In this document: piece after piece, positions 14,211 to 27,640 of the stretch
How the letters are laid out: each line of letters starts with the position of its first letter
Position numbering within the stretch: position 1 is the stretch's first letter
From: Octopus vulgaris
Lineage: Eukaryota
Assembly: GCA_951406725.2 (NCBI GenBank)
Contig: OX597832.1
Span: 124,001 to 188,000 of the forward strand
Direction of reading: 5' to 3'
DNA length: 64,000 nt
Notes under the pieces: generated by a model
The model's input: only the letters and a program-made list of their open reading frames with translations
Databases searched by the model: none
Told to the model about the DNA's origin: nothing
Translations under genes and position numbers: made by a program

Positions 14211-14914
14211 CATATGTGTACATATGTGTGTATATATGTATATACGTGTATATTTATATATATATGTATCTTCCTGGATCTACCTCTTCTACAGGTTCCC
14301 TCTTCAATTAGAGATTGGCACTTCTTTTGGCTGAGAACAGATGTGTAAAGAAGTATTGATCTCTAACTGTGGAGTGAATCTGTGGAAGAGGTAGACCAAG
14401 GAAGACATGGGACGAGGTGGTGAAGCATGATCTCTGAATGTTGGACCGCACATAGGCTATGACTAGTGACAGAGACCTTTGGTGATATGCTGGGCTTAAG
14501 AATACTTGTCAAGCCAAGTAAAATTGTAGTCATGGCTGTTGCTAATGTTACTAAATGACACCCATGAAATTGTAATCATGGGCATTGCTTGATTACATCA
14601 TTTTCGAAATGATTGTCAAAAGTTGGGCTTCACAGAGGTGAGAGATGAAGTGGTGAAGCCTGATCTTCGAACGTTGGGCCTCTCAGAAGCGATGACAAGT
14701 GACCGAGACCTTGGTGATATGCTGTACTTGAGATGATTTGTTAAGCTGTGTGAAGCCATAGTTATGGCTGTTACCAATGTCATGTAAATAGCACATGAAA
14801 AGCACCCATTACACTCTTGGAGTGGTTGATTTTAAGAAGGGCATCTAGCCATGTCAAATCAGACTGAAACCTGGTGCAACTCTCTGGCTTGCCAGTTCTA
14901 GTCAAACCATATGA

Positions 14915-14982
14915 CATATGATGTAAACACGCCAACTCTGGTTGTCAATCGATGGTGGAGGGACAAACACAGACGCAAAGAG

Positions 14983-15022
<40 letters not shown>

Positions 15023-15170
15023 GATGAACTTCTTTCAGTTTCTGTCTACCAGATCCACTTACAAGGCTTTGGTCAGCCCAAGGCTATAGTAGAAGACACT
15101 TGCCCAAAGTGTCACACAGTGGGACTGAACCCAGAACCATGTGGTCGGGGAGCAAGCTTCTTACCACACA
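14915..15170 (-). mobile_element. tRNA-derived SINE with internal (CA)n
   Basis: Reverse complement of the 41456 family. Confidence 0.8.
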
Positions 15171-15403
15171 TCTACACCTGTGTCTTTACATATGTATGTA
15201 TGTATCGAATAATTGCCACATATTATATTTTCAGATAAATTCCTCTATTTACATAATATCGAGGTCTCTTCCATTCTTTTGTTGTCTTACCATTTCTATC
15301 AATATATATATATATATATAATAATAATGTTAGGGAGTATGGCTCCAAACTTACAGGGAAAAATTAGATTTAGGATTAAATCAAATTTCACAATATAAAT
15401 ATA

Positions 15404-17255
15404 CTAGCTGAAGGTGACCCGCTCTACGCGCGGGTAAGAGTGTGGTTGTTACCTTCTGTTGCTTCCTTTCAGCACGTAAAAAGCACCATCCGAATGTGGC
15501 CGATTGCAGCATGGCCTTGACTGGCTTCTGTGCCGGTGGCACGTTAAAAGCAACAACCGATCGTTGCCGCTGCGAGCCCACCTGGCACCAGTGCCGGCGG
15601 CACGAAAAAAGGACCCACTACACTCACAGAGTTGTTGGCGTTAGGAAGGTCATCCACCTGTAGAAACACTGCCAGATCAGACTGGAGCCTGGTGCAGTCT
15701 CCTGGCTTCCCAGACCCCGGTCAAACTGTCCAACCCGTGCTAGCACGGAAAACGGACGTTAAACGATGATGATGATTCTCCCTCTTTGTTTCTCTCTCAC
15801 TTTCCCACTCTCTTACTTTTCTTTTCTCTCGGACTCTCCCTCGCTTTCTCTTACTCTCTATCTTTATCTATCTCTCTCCCATTTATAAACAACAAAAGAT
15901 CTTGAGTAAGTTGAGAAATAAAATATTTAGAAAGATCAATCATAAATATCAGGCAGTGGCAACGGAAAGGTCTGCTTCAAGGCAGACAGCAAAATGCTAA
16001 CATTTAAAAGGGACAGACGAACTTGCGAGCTGCATAAAAATAATAAAATATTGGAAACCAAAGTTTGAAGGGATAGAATCTGAGGATAGTAGAGTCACCA
16101 TGGCTGGCATTTCTTAATGACGGAGAGCAACGTATTGACAGTTTAACGGCTGGCGTAAAATTTTGAACTTGATGTAAAAGAAAATTCGTAAACACCAAGT
16201 TTTGAAGTGATTCTTTCTCACGACAGTAGACTCACCATGGCAAGCATTAACAACTTCTTCATCATGGACGGCAACACATTGACGATTAAAAGGCTGGCGC
16301 AAATTTTTTAGCTTGATGTAACAGGGAATTCCTAAACACTCACTCCTTTAAATTTTAATCCCCTTCCAGCCTCATTTAGACCCCTTTTCACATTTTGGTT
16401 AATATAACCCGATTTCATTCGGGTGTACTGGGGCCACATTTTATAAGATGAGGAATTTTGTCCTAGAGGTCACACCTTTCATTTGAGGGAAAAAATATGT
16501 GTGTGTGTGTGTGTGTGCACGCATTATATATACAAATGTATACAAATATATATATATATATATATGTATAAATTAAATTAGAGATAAAACCACTAATAGG
16601 CAAATCAAACAGTGAAAAACCCAAAACAAAAACATAAAAATAAAAATATAATATAGAAAATATATAAAATATAAAATTGAAAAATTTAAATTATTAAGAT
16701 TTAAAATAAAAATTATTAAATTATATTTATAATTTGTTTAAAAATATATATAACTATCAAAAAGTATTAAAAAGTTTAATATACATAAATACAGATATAT
16801 ACACTTTGTATATATACATTATAAATACATATTTATATATCGAACACACACACACATATATAAATGAACGCAATAAATATCTGATTCATAATATTTGTTC
16901 TCATGCTCGTGTGTTGGTGGTGGCGATGATAATTCTCTCTATGAATGCAGACAGATACATATAAGAACGCTGTTTGACGAACTTATAAAGGGAAACTGAA
17001 GAGGAGTTAGAGGGGAATGGAGGAAGTAGCATGAGTGAGGAAGACAGATATGTAAAAGAACGAGAGTGGACTTGTCAAAGTAGGTTTTTGGCCCTAGCAA
17101 TGACACCTTTTAAGATAGGGATTTCTAAGGTAGCCCACGGGCATCGTCACCTCATTTTACATGTCCCTGTAAATTTTGGAGTCAATCCGACAGGATGTAG
17201 TGGCCTTGAAAGCGATCCAAGCGGTGGAAACGCATTTCAGTTTTATATATAGAGA
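15404..17255 (-). mobile_element. Non-autonomous Helitron carrying an RTE-tail insert (15455-15776) and a PLE-terminus fragment (about 16575-16830)
   Basis: Minus strand starts A|TCTCTATATATAAAAC and ends with a cccgc..gcggg hairpin then CTAG|T. Confidence 0.75.
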
Positions 17256-18635
17256 TAAAATATAAAATATGAATTAGAGATAAAACCACTATTAGGCAAC
17301 TCAAACAGTGATAGACATAAAACAATACATAAATAACAAATAATATAAATAATATAATATATATAAAATATAAAATTTAATTTTTAAAAATTTATTTTTA
17401 TTTTTTTAACCAAAAAGTATAAAAAGAATGATAAATATAATATAATAAGTAAAAACACTACATACGTTTCATGGCTATAATTGAATTTGAATTACAATTA
17501 AGTTTAAATTCAATTGAAATAAATTAGAACTGAAATTATAGTCAATCTTGAGGTTAATGATAATAGTTAAATAAATAAGCAAATAGAGTTAAACAATATT
17601 TTTTAAGAAATACATAAAATAATGATTTTTCTTATAAAAAAAACTCCATTATCTAAATTAGAAACTTAGAACATTAGGATTATGTCATACAACCCATTTA
17701 TTATGTTAAATATTTATTTTAAGGTAAAAAAATAGATAGAAGCATGTATTTATCTATGAAGATATAATATGGCTTTAAAAAAACATAATAAACTCACAAA
17801 TATCCTTAACTCAGTTATAGTCCAATATTTAATTACCAAATTATTTAACAAAATAATCACTATTCATATTTTTAGATTTAAGTTCACATCTAATAATTAT
17901 AAAATATTTAAAAGTAACTAAATTATTATCAACAAATATAGTAATTAAAATCTAAAATTTACTCTATCAATAAATATATAGACATATAAGGAAAAATAAA
18001 TAAATTAATTAGTCCATTATTACTTACATAAATATTAAATATTAATATAATATATTTATGAAATACATTAAAAAATTAAAGATAAAAAATCAAATTATAA
18101 ACATATAACCTATCTTAAAAGAACCGTATAACTATTTTACGATCTATATATCTCGTTGGCTAAGTAATATCTTACAAATAATGTACAGTTATAATATAAT
18201 AATTAAATACATATCATCAACAACTAAATAAGTATAGAATCAAATTAACAATCAGTAGTTATATAGTATACAATACAATACAATAAAACTTTATTAGAAT
18301 ATCTTTAAAAATCTTAAATAGAAAATGTTTACTTAGCTTTCAAAAATTTTGTCATTAACTAAAATTTTAAAACGGAAAACGTTTTTTAAGCGTTTATAAG
18401 AATACTTGTGGAATTACGTTATTAACAGAAATAGAATAACAGATGGAAAATGCTTTTAACCATAAAAACTACGAATATATTTTATCAATGAAAGTTATGA
18501 ATAAATATTATCAATGGAAAATACAGCTATATTTTAGCTATAATAGATAAAGAGAACAAAGTCACTATTAGAGAATAAAATCACTATATACTATAAAATT
18601 TATAATTAAAAATAACTATAATAAATTATACTCAA

Positions 18636-19423
18636 TCTCTCTATATATAAACGGCAGTTTGTCTGTCTGTGTGTCTGTCAGGTTGTACCCTCACCCTGAC
18701 CACGGCTTTCAACCGATTCTGATGAAACTTGACACACACATAGCCCAATGTCATAATTCAAAACTAACGCAGCGAAAATTTTGAAAAGTTCCGCCAGTTT
18801 TGAAAAAAAATTGATGAATTCGACATGGGTCGAGAATCTAAGCTTTTTATATGCAACACATTTTCTACAGACTGTCTAGAGGACGCAACTCGACCTTTTT
18901 AACTCTCGGAACATGTGGGGTAAGTATCCCAAAATGTATAAAAATGTACAAAAACGGCAAAAAAGCGGGCAGCAATGTGAGTGACAACAACGAAAAAGTC
19001 AAAAGTGACCAAACTGAACAAACGAATGAAAAAGGTTTTTTTGATGCACACGACAAAAGCGCTTTATAATAAACCAAGAGTTTGCAAGTAGCGTCCGAGG
19101 ACCCTTAGGGTACGTCAAAAATTTAAGGTAAAACGTTTGGGGTGGTAGTTATAAAGAAAGTGTAAACAAAAAAGTATTCGAATAACTTGCGGCTGCAGCA
19201 GCTATTAGCAGAAGTGGGTAAAGTCTCGAATGTAATTTCTTCCTGGTAGGAATTGGTTGGGTTGAATTATCGATAGCTGTTTGATAGTTATTTGGGAGGG
19301 AAGAGAAGACATTGCAACCTACACATGCGCCTTCGTTCCCTAGAGGGAAAGGACTAGATTGGGATTAGTTGTTGTCTACTAGGGGCTCTTACATACCCGG
19401 GCAACGCTGGGCTATGCTGCTAG
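18636..19423 (+). mobile_element. Non-autonomous Helitron
   Basis: A|TCTCTCTATATATAAACGG 5' end; cccgg..ctggg hairpin then CTAG|T 3' end. Confidence 0.85.
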
Positions 19424-19837
19424 TACTCTATAAATTAAATAATTTATATAACTACCAATTACTGTATATACTCTAAAAATCTTATAAAAATTAATTAATT
19501 TTATATAAAAAAGGTTACGTTATAGTCAAATCTTTATTTAAAAAAAAAATAACTATTAGACACATTCAAAATTAATTCAGTAGTAATTCAAACATTAATC
19601 TATATTATGACCACTAATTAATATAAAACTATATTCTAATAAAATTCATTATATAATATTAATTAAATGAACATCTAATCTACTTCGAAATATATTAAAA
19701 ATACATACATATTGATTAATTTAACAAATTTATTACAAACTATATACTTGACTGTAGTATAAAATAAATATATATTATATATCACATTAATACTGAAAAC
19801 AAATGCTAAACAATAATAAATTAAACTTATTATATAG

Positions 19838-21630
19838 GGTCATAGCCCAACTAATTAGAGAGAGAGTTAGTTTAGATGAGATGCAGTTTGGGTTCATGCC
19901 AGGGAAAAGTACCACTGATGCTATATTCAGACAGCTGCAGGAGAAATACCTAGCCAAAGATAAGCCCCTGGACCTGGCTTTCGTTGACATGGAGAAAGCC
20001 TTCAACAGGGTCCCCTGATCCCTTATTTGGTGGTCAATGAGGAAACTAGGGATAGATGAATGGTTAGTGAGAGCTGTGCAAGCCATGTACAGGGACGCCG
20101 CTAGTAAGGTGAGGGTTGGCAACGAGTACAGTGAAGAATTCCGGGTAGAGGTAGGGGTCCACCAAGGCTCAGTCCTCAGCCCCCTTCTATTTATCATAGT
20201 CCTCCAGGCAATAACGGAGGAATTCAGGACAGGATGCCCCTGGGAGCTCCTCTATGCTGATGACCTTGCACTAATTGCTGAGTCACTATCAGAACTGGAG
20301 GAGAAGTTTCAGGTGTGGAAGCATGGATTAGAATCGAAGGGCCTTAGAGTCAATCTAGCTAAAACCAAAGTCCTAATAAGTTGAAAGGTAGACAAATCAC
20401 AAACGCCTTCAGGTAGATGGCCCTGCTCAATCTGTAGAAAAGGTGTAGGTAGAAACTCTATAAGATGCACCAAGTGTAAGCTATGGACACATAAGAGGTG
20501 CAGCAATGTCAAAGGAAGGCTAACTAGGAAGATAGTTTTTGTATGTGGTAGATGCTCAGGAGCAATAACACTGAAAATGCTCTGAGACCAACTTCTGCCA
20601 CATTCCAGGGAGAAAAACTAGAAGTAGTTGATAGCTTCCGTTACCTAGTTGACCAAGTCAGTAGCGGGGGCAGGTGTGCTGAAAGTGTAACTGCTAGAGT
20701 AAGAATAGCTTGGGCAATGTTCAGAGAGTTCTTACCTCTGCTGGTGACAAAAGGCCTCTCGCACAGAGTAAAAGGCAGACTGTATGATGCGTGTGTACGA
20801 ACAGCCATGCTACATGGCAGTGACTGCTGAGGATATGCGTAAGCTCGCAAGAAATGAAGCCAGTATGCTCCGATGGATGTGTAATGTCAGTGTTCATACT
20901 CGACAGAGTGTAAGTACCTTGAGAGAAAAGCTGGACCTAAGAAGCATCAGTTGTGGTGTGCAAGAGAGACGTTTGCACTGGTATGGTCATGTGGTGAGAA
21001 TGGATGAAGATAGTTGTGTGAAAAAGTGCCATACCCTAGCGGTTGAAGGAACCTGTGGAAGAGGCAGACCCAGGAAAACCTGGGACGAGGTGGTGAAGCA
21101 CGACCTTCGAACTTTAGATCTCACTGAGGAAATAACCAGAGACCGAGACCTTTGGAAGTATGCTGTGCGTGAGAAGACCCGGCAGAACAAGTGAGACCAT
21201 AACCCGTGGCCTCTACATGGGATGTATCCAGTCCACTTATGCATACCTTTCCTTCTTGGGACACAAAACTCTACTTGTGAAGACCTGTTGAGGCAAGTGA
21301 AAATCGAAGTTGATCAACATCAATGGAAATTGCAGCTGTGATACCAGTGTCGGTGGTACGTAAGAGAACCGTTGCCAGCGCCGCCCCGACTGGCCTCGTG
21401 CCGGTGGCACGTAAAAAGCACCATCCGATTGTGGCTGTTTGCCAGCCTCGTCTGGCACGTAAAAAGCACCCACTACTCTCACGGAGTGGTTGGCGTTAGG
21501 AAAGGCATCCAGCCGTAGAAACATTGCCAATTCAGACTGGGCCTGGTGCAGCCTTCTGACTTCCCAGACCCCAGTTGAACCATCCAACCCATGCTAGCAT
21601 GGAAAGCGGACGCTAAACGATGATGATGAT
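19838..21630 (+). mobile_element. 5'-truncated RTE-clade LINE, relatively young
   Basis: QFGFMPGKSTTDAIF, FVDMEKAF, GVHQGSVLSPLLF, LLYADDL, RRLHWYGHV, GRGRPRKTW; (GAT)n tail. Confidence 0.95.
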
Positions 21631-21778
21631 GTAAACTAATTTATATTTAGATCAAATACTTTGTTCTTTAATTGAATAAATAAAGTACATATTATCATTA
21701 TAAAAAAGTATTACATAAAGAAAAAAATTATCCTATACATTCAAAATTATAAATCATCAGTTAATCTATATTCATTAA

Positions 21779-23189
21779 CCCTTTCGTTACTAACCCGGCC
21801 ATACCCGGCCGAAAAACTTTTTGGTTCATAATACCAACCTGGCCGAGAAAACCTATTGTTATTTAAATGTAAATTTGAACCCAAATCTCGTTGGTACATT
21901 CGTTAAAACATGCGATTTCACTCTGTAAATAGTTGGCTTATAGTATCCGACATTGCTTAACGTGATATCTCAACTGAGTGAATTTTGGGAGAATTTTTTC
22001 CACATTTTTTTCGTTATCGATTTTTCTTCAACTTTGAAAATGGATAGGAGTTTCATGTTATCAAGCATTGATTCCGAATTTAAAGCTTTTCCAACAGAAA
22101 ATAGGGAGATATCGAGAAAAAGAATGAATGAGGTCTTAAAGCACATGGTGTACAAAATAATGAATAGGATTTTTTTTATCCGAAAATGAAAGCAGCGATT
22201 CTGAAGGAACAAAGAGGCAAAGACGATTTTACATCGGAATGAAGTAAAAAACTTTAAAAATGTTTTTATTAGCAATTTTTCTGAGGAGATAGAGTTTATC
22301 TATAGTCTTTCTTAGGAAGTGAAACCATTAGACTTTTATTTTTTTCAATATGCTAGTTTGAAGCGATCACTTCGAAAACAAATTTACGCAGATTGCAAAC
22401 AAACACAAAATGGGGGTTCAAAGTTTGGAAAATTTGTGAAGCAAATACTGGATACTGTTGTGGATTTAGTTTTTATACAGGGAAACTAATGTTAGTCAGC
22501 ATGGCTTAGGGTACAATGTGGTCTGGAAGTTATTGTTTGAAGTGATCACTGCGGAAACAAACTTACGCAGAATGTAAACAAACACAAAATGGGGGTTCAA
22601 ATTTCGGAAAATTTGTGAAGCAAATACTGGGTACTGCGTGGATTTAGTTTTTATACAGGGAAAATAATGTTAGTCAGCATGGCCTAGGGAACGATGTTGT
22701 CTGGAATTTATCACTTCCATACCATAACCAGGGCCGTATATTATTTTTTGACCGATCTCTTTAGTTCGGTCAAATTTGCGGTGGATTCCAGTATTTCAGT
22801 TTATTCCACCTTTATGGTACACCTGTTGTGCATTAAATCCAACTGATGATCTAGTGATGTGCACAATTCTTCTTTATCAAAATTTTGTTACCAACCCATT
22901 TAAATATTAGCTGATGATTCATTTTCTATGGTGATGTTTAAACAAAATTTTTATATTTTTACCTTTTGCTCAATTTACCTGTAATTAAAGTCACTTTGAG
23001 ACAAAAGTTATGCAATAGAATTGATTAAGAACCCTTTCTTTAATTATGTTCCAAATATCACATTAATATGTTAATAAGTAAAAAAAGTTACAATTATTTA
23101 ATGAAACAAGCCTAAATTCATGATTATTTTAGAATTTTATTGAAACTCATGAGGGGTGTATTTTGGTCAGAAATATAGTAACGAAAGGG
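21779..23189. mobile_element. Non-autonomous piggyBac-like element with an internal ~180-bp tandem duplication
   Basis: TTAA on both sides; 13-bp TIR ccctttcgttact / agtaacgaaaggg; repeat units near 22355-22535 and 22535-22715. Confidence 0.9.
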
Positions 23190-23691
23190 TTAAATACATT
23201 AAATATTTAGTAATAAAATAAACATCTAAATATAATCTAACTATAAGTATTTAAAGAACCTTTACTAACTCTTATTGACTAATACTCAAACCACATACAG
23301 AATTGTAAACACAACACTACTATCATTAATTAATATATCTATTTAATTTATTTGATTATTTAATTATTTATTTAATAATATTAAATTAAACTTATTAAAT
23401 CATGTAATATATATTATAAATCCCGTACTAAATTTTAGAATTAATACTAGTACGTATAACTACAAATTAGGAACAAAATAGGGCTTAAATGTAGTCGCTA
23501 TTTATCTAAAAATTTATTATATAAGTAAAGTAATGTGTCTATATATAATTTTACACTCGTCCAGTGTATTTACTAAATTATTATGATCATTAAAAAAAAT
23601 TTCATTAAACTCACTAGAACATAAATAACAATAACTGCTACCTATACTATATGATTTAGCCTTACAAATTATCTCCCATAAAAAAAAATTA

Positions 23692-23735
<44 letters not shown>

Positions 23736-23940
23736 TTTTTGCTTGTATGTTTTGTCCCTCCGCTTTACCTCATGGTGCGATATGAACATTTAACGTGGTA
23801 CTATAGTCAGTGTTTCGACTGCTATTTCGGCATGTTGGTGTCTTTTAGACACCCTCATTTTTAATTATATATATATATATATTATATATTATATTAATTA
23901 TATTTATATTATTTGTTATTTATGTATTGTTTTATGTCTA

Positions 23941-24784
23941 CGAGGGGTGTTCAATAAGTAATGCCCCTGACCCACTTCCCATAGCAGTAGAGCAACGAAA
24001 CTTGGCACAGTTATTTGTCTTTTTCTACATAGGAACCATCCAGAGGTACGCATTTCTCCCATCATTTGTTGCAGCTCTGGAGACCGTTTTTGTAGAAGAC
24101 CCCAGCTTGGTCTTCCAACCATGACGTGACTTCAGAAACCAAGGCTGCATCATCTGGGAAACGCTTTCCTTTCAAAAACAACTTCATGGCTGGGAAGAGG
24201 TGAAAATCAGAGGGTGCAAAGTCAGGAGAGTAGGAGTATGGGTGTGAGCAACCTGGGAATCCATCTGGCAGACACCTTTTGCATATGCAAATGGTCATGA
24301 ATGATAGTTTCCACAGACCCGGTACTAATCTTGACCTCATGGGCTATTTGGCAAATAGTTATGCGTCGATCTTCCAAAATGGCAGCCTCAACTTGACGGA
24401 CAGATGCCTCATCAATGGCAGAAGCGGGACGACCAGATCTAGGAGCTGTTTCCACAGAGTTCCGACCATGTTTGAATTCACGATGCCAGCGTTTTACAAG
24501 GTCATATGATGGGGCATCATCACCATAAGTTACTTTCATTTCATCAAAAGTCTCCCGCGGTGTGCGTCCTTTCAAATACAAAAACCGGATCACTGCTCGA
24601 CACTCAACAGGCTCCATTTCACACTTGACTCATTTAAAACACCTGTAAATCAAAAACCACGATTAGTTCAGAGCTGTAATTTGCCAGTTAATCTATTGAG
24701 ATATAAATAATTGCACATACAAAATTTCAGCTAGATCAAACAAATGCAAGTGGGCCAGGGGCATTACTTATTGAACGTCCCTCG
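23941..24784 (-). mobile_element. Internally deleted mariner
   Basis: TA TSD; TIR cgaggggtgttcaataagtaatgcccctg; MEPVECRAVIRFL...WIPRLLT joined directly to HPYSYSPDFAPSDFHLF (catalytic middle deleted). Confidence 0.95.
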
Positions 24785-24833
24785 TATCACTGTTTGAGTT
24801 GCCTAATAGTGGTTTTATCTCTAATTCATATTT

Positions 24834-24864
<31 letters not shown>

Positions 24865-24865
<1 letters not shown>

Positions 24866-27481
24866 ATGTACTGATCCATGATAGAAAATTCAACAAAAAA
24901 CATACTCTATGTGGTGAGAGATAAATATTATTTATTTAAAGGTCACAATACATGTATCAAAGTGCTACTAATAGTTTCATATGTTGAGAAAACTCAAACA
25001 TATTCTTCAGGTGCAAACCACATATCATAACAAATAAAAGAAATTGAATAATAGAAGAAATGCTAAAAGGTTGAGAAGGCAGCATATAGAAAATGTAGAC
25101 AGTAAACAACAAAAAACGAAAAACAGAAACTAAAATGTAAAAAGGTAAAAGAGCTATCTTCTTTAGACCTTAAATGATAAGGCTGGGAAAATATCAAGTT
25201 AGTCAGAGATAGGTGGAATTTTTCAATTCTTCAAAATATATTTACATAGATGCATACAACCACTGAAAATTTCTGACCTGCATTTCAGTAGAGAGTTAGG
25301 AATCTTAGATCTGAACAGGATCTGTGCTCTTTCAGCCAAACAAATCTTACATTTATTCATTCTGTTCACATAAGGTATGGATTTCTCAATTACTTTCCAT
25401 TTAATCACATGGGGTCTTTCATTATCTTTCAAAGTCCATACTTAGTAGCTTTACTTTTGTCCTTGTGTCAGAAGGAGGCTATGTGTTTGGCATAGCAATT
25501 TCTAAATTCACCTTCACATAATCCAGTATAGGTATACTTATCAGTAGTATTATTTTTTAGAGTTGCAGTAACTTCTACCTCATATATGATAGATTTGGTC
25601 ATATATCATTAGTCCTGGGTAGTGACAGTTGCAATTGGATTCAGGCTCTTGGTAGTGACCACATGTAATGATACTCTTCATATTGGGGCAGCAGCTATAT
25701 GATAATTTCAAAGAACTCCTATTAAATATTTTCCTGTATCTGTGAGTAGCTGGAAAGTGTTTGTCTAGGAGAGACAGGAATCTTTTTTTCCAAGTTTAGT
25801 TTTTATAATAAGGGAAAAGAGAGGGGCAAACCAAATAATTTTCCTTGGCCTATTTTTAGATTTCTTATCCCGATTAATACTAGAGTGGTTATGTACTACT
25901 TTAAATTTGCTGCCACTAGATCTATTATTAATATCTTTATTATTATTATTATTATTATTAGAGGGATTATATATTAATTTATCTTTGAAGCCACTGTTAG
26001 CCTTGTTATAATAGGGGACAGCTTTCTTGAAAATTTCTTTGGAAGGAGAGAGGTTAGACACTCTGTTACTAATATTAGCTATCAGGTTTTTAAATATTAC
26101 AGGAGGGTGACAAGACTGTTTATGTATATATGCGAGTTTCTCATTAAGCATATGGAAAGATTTGTATGAGAAAGAGTTTAAATCTAGGGAAGCAGCTAAA
26201 TAATCAACCATAGAGAGATTAGTAGCTACTGTAATTTTAAGTCCTAATTGAATAAAGGCAGAAATTAGTTGCTTTCTAAATCTATTGAGGGTGTGACCAT
26301 CACACCTATGGGAAATACCCAAACCATTGTCACAGTATAGGCCAACATCATGAGATGGGTATCTATATCTCAAGATGTTTAATTTAAATAAACTCACAAG
26401 ATCATAGACATCAGCACTATCATATGACTCTATAAATACATTAAATAGTTCATCACTATATGACTTTTTTACCCATGCTAATCCTTTACTGAACAATAGT
26501 GTTTTTCTCACATGCCTGATAAAATTTAAGTCTAGAGTCAATATCAACATATGATTTAGCAAATTCAATAGTTTTTTCAAGCAGCAATCTAGATAAAAGT
26601 CTATAATATCAACCTGGGTAACTTTAGCTTTATTCTTATTCTTGATATTCTTAAACCAATCTATTACAGTAAAACTGTTATTCCATTGTTGAAGCCCAGT
26701 AATTTCCTTAATTCTATTAATATTTCTAAGTATTTTTTTAGCTACTAGCCCAATCTCAGATCTCGCTGGATTTAACAATTTACAAGTAGGATTATCATAA
26801 AAATTGGGTTTATGGTCTTTTAAAGTAATAAATGCCTCTCTCTTAGCTAAGCATTCTAATCTATCATCAGTATTACTACATTTAGCGAGGAATTAGCTTG
26901 ATCATTGATATCATAGTATCTCTCTACATTAGCTTTCTTATATTTAGAAATCATGTCTTTTTAGCAACTTATCGTATAAGTCATTAGTAACTTCATATAG
27001 GTTATTAGTCTTATCTGAAAATATGAACTTCGTTTTAGAACTTCTAAAGTTTTTAATTTAGATTTCATTTTAGTTTGAAAGGAGATGTGGTATTTATGAA
27101 ATCTAATATTGGTAACTAAATTAAGGTGGTCAGACTCAAAGGGGACTAAATCTTTAACAATAACAGGGTATGTACAAATATATTTTGAAGAATTGAAAAA
27201 TTCTACCTATTTCTGACTGATTTGTTATCTTTCCAGCCTTATCATTTAAGGTCTAAAGAGGATAGCTTTTTTACCTTTTTACTTTTTAGTTTGCTTTTCA
27301 TTTTCTGTTGTTTACTGTTTGCATTTTCTATATGCTGCCTTCTCAATTTTTTCACGTTTCTTCTATTATTCAATTTCTTTAGTTTGTTATGATATGTGGT
27401 TTGCACCTGAAGAATATGTTTGAGTTTTCTCAACGCATGAAACAATTAGTAGCTCTTTAATACAGGTATTGTGACCTTTAA

Positions 27482-27487
<6 letters not shown>
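24865..27487 (-). mobile_element. Penelope-like retroelement (Naiad-type): decayed RT + GIY-YIG with inverted pseudo-LTRs
   Basis: Minus-strand LNPARSEIG, DIIDFY, GLY.DNGL, YIHKQSCHPP, RKIIWF, CNC, KWKVIEKS.PY...CKICL.E...RSEIFSGC.H. About 310 bp at 24930-25240 is inverted at 27175-27487. Flanked by (TA)n. Confidence 0.88.
24962..25014 (-). ncRNA. Minimal hammerhead-like ribozyme in PLE pseudo-LTR; inverted twin on + at 27403-27454
   Basis: CTGAAGA-atatgt..acatat-GAAAC-tatta-GTA; stem I is weak. Confidence 0.6.
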
Positions 27488-27535
<48 letters not shown>

Positions 27536-27559
27536 ATGTATGTATGTATATATATATAT

Positions 27560-27624
<65 letters not shown>

Positions 27625-27640
27625 TATGTATATGTGTATA

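Larger units (their letters stand above)
17260..24840 (-). mobile_element. 5'-truncated Penelope-like (Naiad-type) element with a long AT-rich 3' region and an inverted terminal copy, split by four nested insertions
   Basis: GIY-YIG C-terminus WEIICKAKSY...CYLC..E...LVN..E.....RH at 23517-23690(-). Terminus ttagagataaaaccactattaggcaactcaaacagtgatagacataaaacaatacataaataa at 17275 recurs inverted at 23915-23940 plus 24785-24830. Hammerhead-like motif at 17456-17554(-). Confidence 0.7.

Noticed and set aside
18716-18732. CTGATGAAAC as a hammerhead core
   Set aside because: No stem II between CTGATGA and GAAA; it is part of the Helitron 5' subterminal motif.
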